Source of the DNA: Longimicrobiales bacterium
GTDB lineage: Bacteria; Gemmatimonadota; Gemmatimonadetes; Longimicrobiales; Gaopeijiaceae
Direction of reading: 5' to 3'
Assembly: GCA_965226375.1 (NCBI GenBank)
Contig: CBDDCX010000008.1
Coordinates: 544,001-608,000 of the forward strand
Length of the DNA: 64,000 nt
The number at the start of each line of letters is the position of its first letter. The first letter of the stretch is position 1. The translations under genes were made by a program, and so were the position numbers. Under the pieces are notes generated by a model that was not told where the DNA came from, searched no databases, and worked only from the letters and a program-made list of their open reading frames with translations. Below are positions 61,536 through 64,000 of this stretch, piece after piece.

Positions 61536-62825
61536 TCAGAGCCGTCCGGGCGGGCCAGCGTCCGAGTCTGGGCGGGCGACCGTCGACCCCGTCTCTCTCA
61601 CTTTACGGATCATCCTTCCCGGTACGACCGCGCCGTCCCCGAACCGATCGCGAAGCCCGTCCACGGCCCTTCCAAGGATACGCTCACGCTCTCCCTCGAT
61701 GCCGTCCTCCTCCGCGAACAGGCCGAGCTGGGCCGGATCGACACCGGGCACGAAGTTCGTCAGCCCCACGCCGAGCAGGCGTGCCCTGGTACGCCGCCGC
61801 TCACGGAGCCCACTCAGGAGTTCGCAAGCCACCGCGAACACGGCCGCGTCGGTCTCCACCGCCTCCGGCACCGTCCGTCCGCGCGATCGGGTGGTGAAGT
61901 CTCCATCCCTGAGCTTGACCGTGATGGTCCGTGCCCGCAGCCCGGACCTGCGCATGGTTCTGCCCACCGACACGGAGAGTCTCATGAGTGCGTTCTGGAG
62001 CTCTTCGTCCGATTCCAGGTCACTAAAGAAAGTCCGCTCCGAACTGATCGACTTCCTCGGTTCGCGAGGGTCTACACGGGCCGAGTCCAACCCACGCATA
62101 CGCTGGTAGAGCCAGCGACCGCGATGCTCTCCGAACCACCGCTGAAGCCAGTCGAGCTCCACTTTCAGCGCGTCTTCGATCCGGACGAGCCCACGCTGCT
62201 CGAGAGACTCCACCAATGCGGGACCGACGCCAGGAATGTCGGCCAGATCCAAGCGACGCATGAAGGCCGCCTCCTCGCCGGGCCGGACGATATGGACTCC
62301 GCCGGGCTTGGCCAGTCCCGACGCGAGCTTTGCCACCATCTTGCGGGTGCTTCCCCCTATGGAGACGGAGATCCGTGTCTTGTCCAGCACCGTCGACCGG
62401 ATGCGGTTTGCCGTCGTCTCCAGCGTCTCTCTCAAGAGGCGGTCCGTACCTGTGAGATCGAGGTAGAACTCGTCGATGGAAGCCGCCTGAACTACGGGCG
62501 CGAGCTCTTTGAGAATCTCTCGGATCTCGCGGCTTCTCCGGCTGCAGGCGCCCCTCGGTACGCCCACGACAGTGGCGTCCGGGCAGAGTTGCAGGGCCTG
62601 CGCCGTCGGCATGGCCGACCGCACTCCGAACTCTCTCGCGGCGTACGACGCAGACGTGACGACCCCCCGGCCGGGCGGGGATCCACCCACGAGGAGGAGC
62701 TTTGCCTTGCCCGCCCCTTCCGGATCTTCCAAACGCGCGACCTGGACGTAGAAGGCGTCACAGTCGACGAGAAGAATCCGCCTGGTGTGTCCGGCTCCGT
62801 CTGGGTCCATGGGGGTCGCGTTCAA
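61536..62825 (-). CDS. dinB: DNA polymerase IV
   Basis: VDCDAFYVQV, SASYAAREFGVRSAMP, SIDEFYLD, RKSISSERTF. Confidence 0.96.
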   Translation of the reverse strand: MNATPMDPDGAGHTRRILLVDCDAFYVQVARLEDPEGAGKAKLLLVGGSPPGRGVVTSASYAAREFGVRSAMPTAQALQLCPDATVVGVPRGACSRRSREIREILKELAPVVQAASIDEFYLDLTGTDRLLRETLETTANRIRSTVLDKTRISVSIGGSTRKMVAKLASGLAKPGGVHIVRPGEEAAFMRRLDLADIPGVGPALVESLEQRGLVRIEDALKVELDWLQRWFGEHRGRWLYQRMRGLDSARVDPREPRKSISSERTFFSDLESDEELQNALMRLSVSVGRTMRRSGLRARTITVKLRDGDFTTRSRGRTVPEAVETDAAVFAVACELLSGLRERRRTRARLLGVGLTNFVPGVDPAQLGLFAEEDGIEGERERILGRAVDGLRDRFGDGAVVPGRMIRKVRETGSTVARPDSDAGPPGRL

Positions 62826-62826
62826 T

Positions 62827-62917
62827 GGGGCCGAGTACCGCGGGGCCGGTGCTTTGGTCGGATGAGAGTCAGGGGCCGCGTGCTACGGGGCCGAGTGCTT
62901 TGGTCCGATGAAAGTTA
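62827..62917. repeat. Degenerate tandem duplication (45 and 46 bp units) in the dinB-sodA divergent region
   Basis: ggggccgagtaccgcggggccggtgctttggtcggatgagagtca followed by ggggccgcgtgctacggggccgagtgctttggtccgatgaaagtta. Confidence 0.8.
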
Positions 62918-62933
62918 GGCGCCCCTGACCCAT

Positions 62934-62963
62934 TTGCGAATAGTGATCGAACGGGGATACAAT
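62934..62963 (+). promoter_or_regulatory. Putative sigma70 promoter of sodA
   Basis: TTGCGA-N18-TACAAT. Confidence 0.5.
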
Positions 62964-63045
62964 CCGGCCTTCGACTTGGCCTGTCACCGCTCTGGCACTC
63001 AGAGACATACGGCCTCGATCAACCCGTCGAGCACAGGAGGAACCG

Positions 63046-63669
63046 ATGGCTTATCCGTTTGAGCTCCCCGACCTGGGGTACGACCACAATGCGCTCGAGC
63101 CACACATCGATGCCCGGACCATGGAGATCCACCATGGCAAGCACCACCAGGGCTACACCAACAATTTGAACGCCGCCCTCGAGAACTACCCCGACCTGCA
63201 CGACATGTCCGGTGAGGCACTGGTGAGTGATCTCGCGTCGGTTCCCGAGGCGATTCGTGGGGCAGTGCGGAACAACGGCGGCGGGTTCGTCAACCACAGT
63301 CTGTTCTGGCGGGTGATGACTCCGGGCGGGGCCGATGCCCCCTGGGGAGCTCTAGCCGAGGCTATCGACACGGCCTTCGGGTCCTTGGACGACTTCAAGG
63401 CGACCCTGCAAAAGGCGGCGGGTGGGCAGTTCGGATCGGGGTGGGGTTGGTTGGTCGTGGGGCCGACCGAGGGCCTCCAGGTGATGGCCACCGCCAACCA
63501 GGACAACCCTCTCTCTCTGGGCTCCACTCCCATTCTGGGCGTAGACGTTTGGGAGCACGCGTACTACCTGAACTACCAGAATCGGAGACCGGACTACCTG
63601 AGCGCCTGGTGGAACGTCGTCAACTGGGACGTGGTCGCCTCGAACTTCGATGCAGCCAACGCGGGCTGA
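63046..63669 (+). CDS. sodA: Superoxide dismutase (Mn/Fe family, Mn-type signature)
   Basis: [40 protein letters not shown]. Confidence 0.96.
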   Translation: MAYPFELPDLGYDHNALEPHIDARTMEIHHGKHHQGYTNNLNAALENYPDLHDMSGEALVSDLASVPEAIRGAVRNNGGGFVNHSLFWRVMTPGGADAPWGALAEAIDTAFGSLDDFKATLQKAAGGQFGSGWGWLVVGPTEGLQVMATANQDNPLSLGSTPILGVDVWEHAYYLNYQNRRPDYLSAWWNVVNWDVVASNFDAANAG

Positions 63670-63804
63670 CCGCGCAGCTCCGGTCGTGAGATCGGCGGCT
63701 GCAACTAATGCTCCTTGTCGGGCGTCTAACGATTGACCTGTGAATGCGGCTGGGTGCATGAAATACTTGTGTGCATGACTACATATGTTTACACATGGAG
63801 AGGT

Positions 63805-64000
63805 ATGATGCGGGGGTGGTTTAAACGGTTCTCGAGAAGCGAGAAGGCAACGACGTTGGGACGACTGGGCCTATCGATCGCGCTCGCTGCGCTCTTGTTA
63901 CCGGGGGCGGGTCAGGTTGAGGGACAGAGCCTGGGTGGCTCTGAGGCCTCGGTGAGTCGCACTCACCGTCAGGCTCGGAACCACGACTTCACCTTCCTCA
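63805..64000 (+). CDS. Exported protein, 3'-partial (resembles the DUF5715 N-terminus)
   Basis: GGAGAGG RBS, signal peptide, QSLGGSEASVSRTHRQARNHDFTFL running off the window. Confidence 0.55.
   Translation, partial: MMRGWFKRFSRSEKATTLGRLGLSIALAALLLPGAGQVEGQSLGGSEASVSRTHRQARNHDFTFL

Noticed and set aside
62827..62917. Possible CRISPR-like array
   Set aside because: Only two degenerate units, no unique spacers and no cas genes in the window.

Overview
GC-rich bacterial chromosomal segment. Gene content and protein style suggest Gemmatimonadota or a related FCB-group lineage (inference). It holds about 45 genes: 3' end of priA, an HNH nuclease, two ECF sigma/anti-sigma modules (one with a TolC/MacAB-type exporter, one with a PDZ protein), a NatAB-type ABC exporter fused to a CAAX protease, threonine synthase, a TonB-dependent receptor, a type IV minor-pilin cluster, a methionine cluster (metH, yitJ-like, metF-like) with a SAM-II-like riboswitch, dapF, lptFG, a 2017-aa SprA-like protein, comEA, pilB/pilC remnants, dinB and sodA. 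The region shows active decay. Three near-identical 1067-bp IS1595-family copies with readable 8-9 bp target duplications split an ECF sigma gene, split a membrane/spermidine-synthase-like gene, and separate a PilX-like gene from its RBS. An apparent deletion fuses pilB to the back part of pilC. The best candidates for undescribed biology are the LptFG / SprA-like / ComEA / PilBC locus and the spermidine-synthase-like gene nested inside a putatively sigma54-driven minor-pilin operon. No tRNA, rRNA or CRISPR array was seen. All family calls are from motif recognition by eye; no database search was run.
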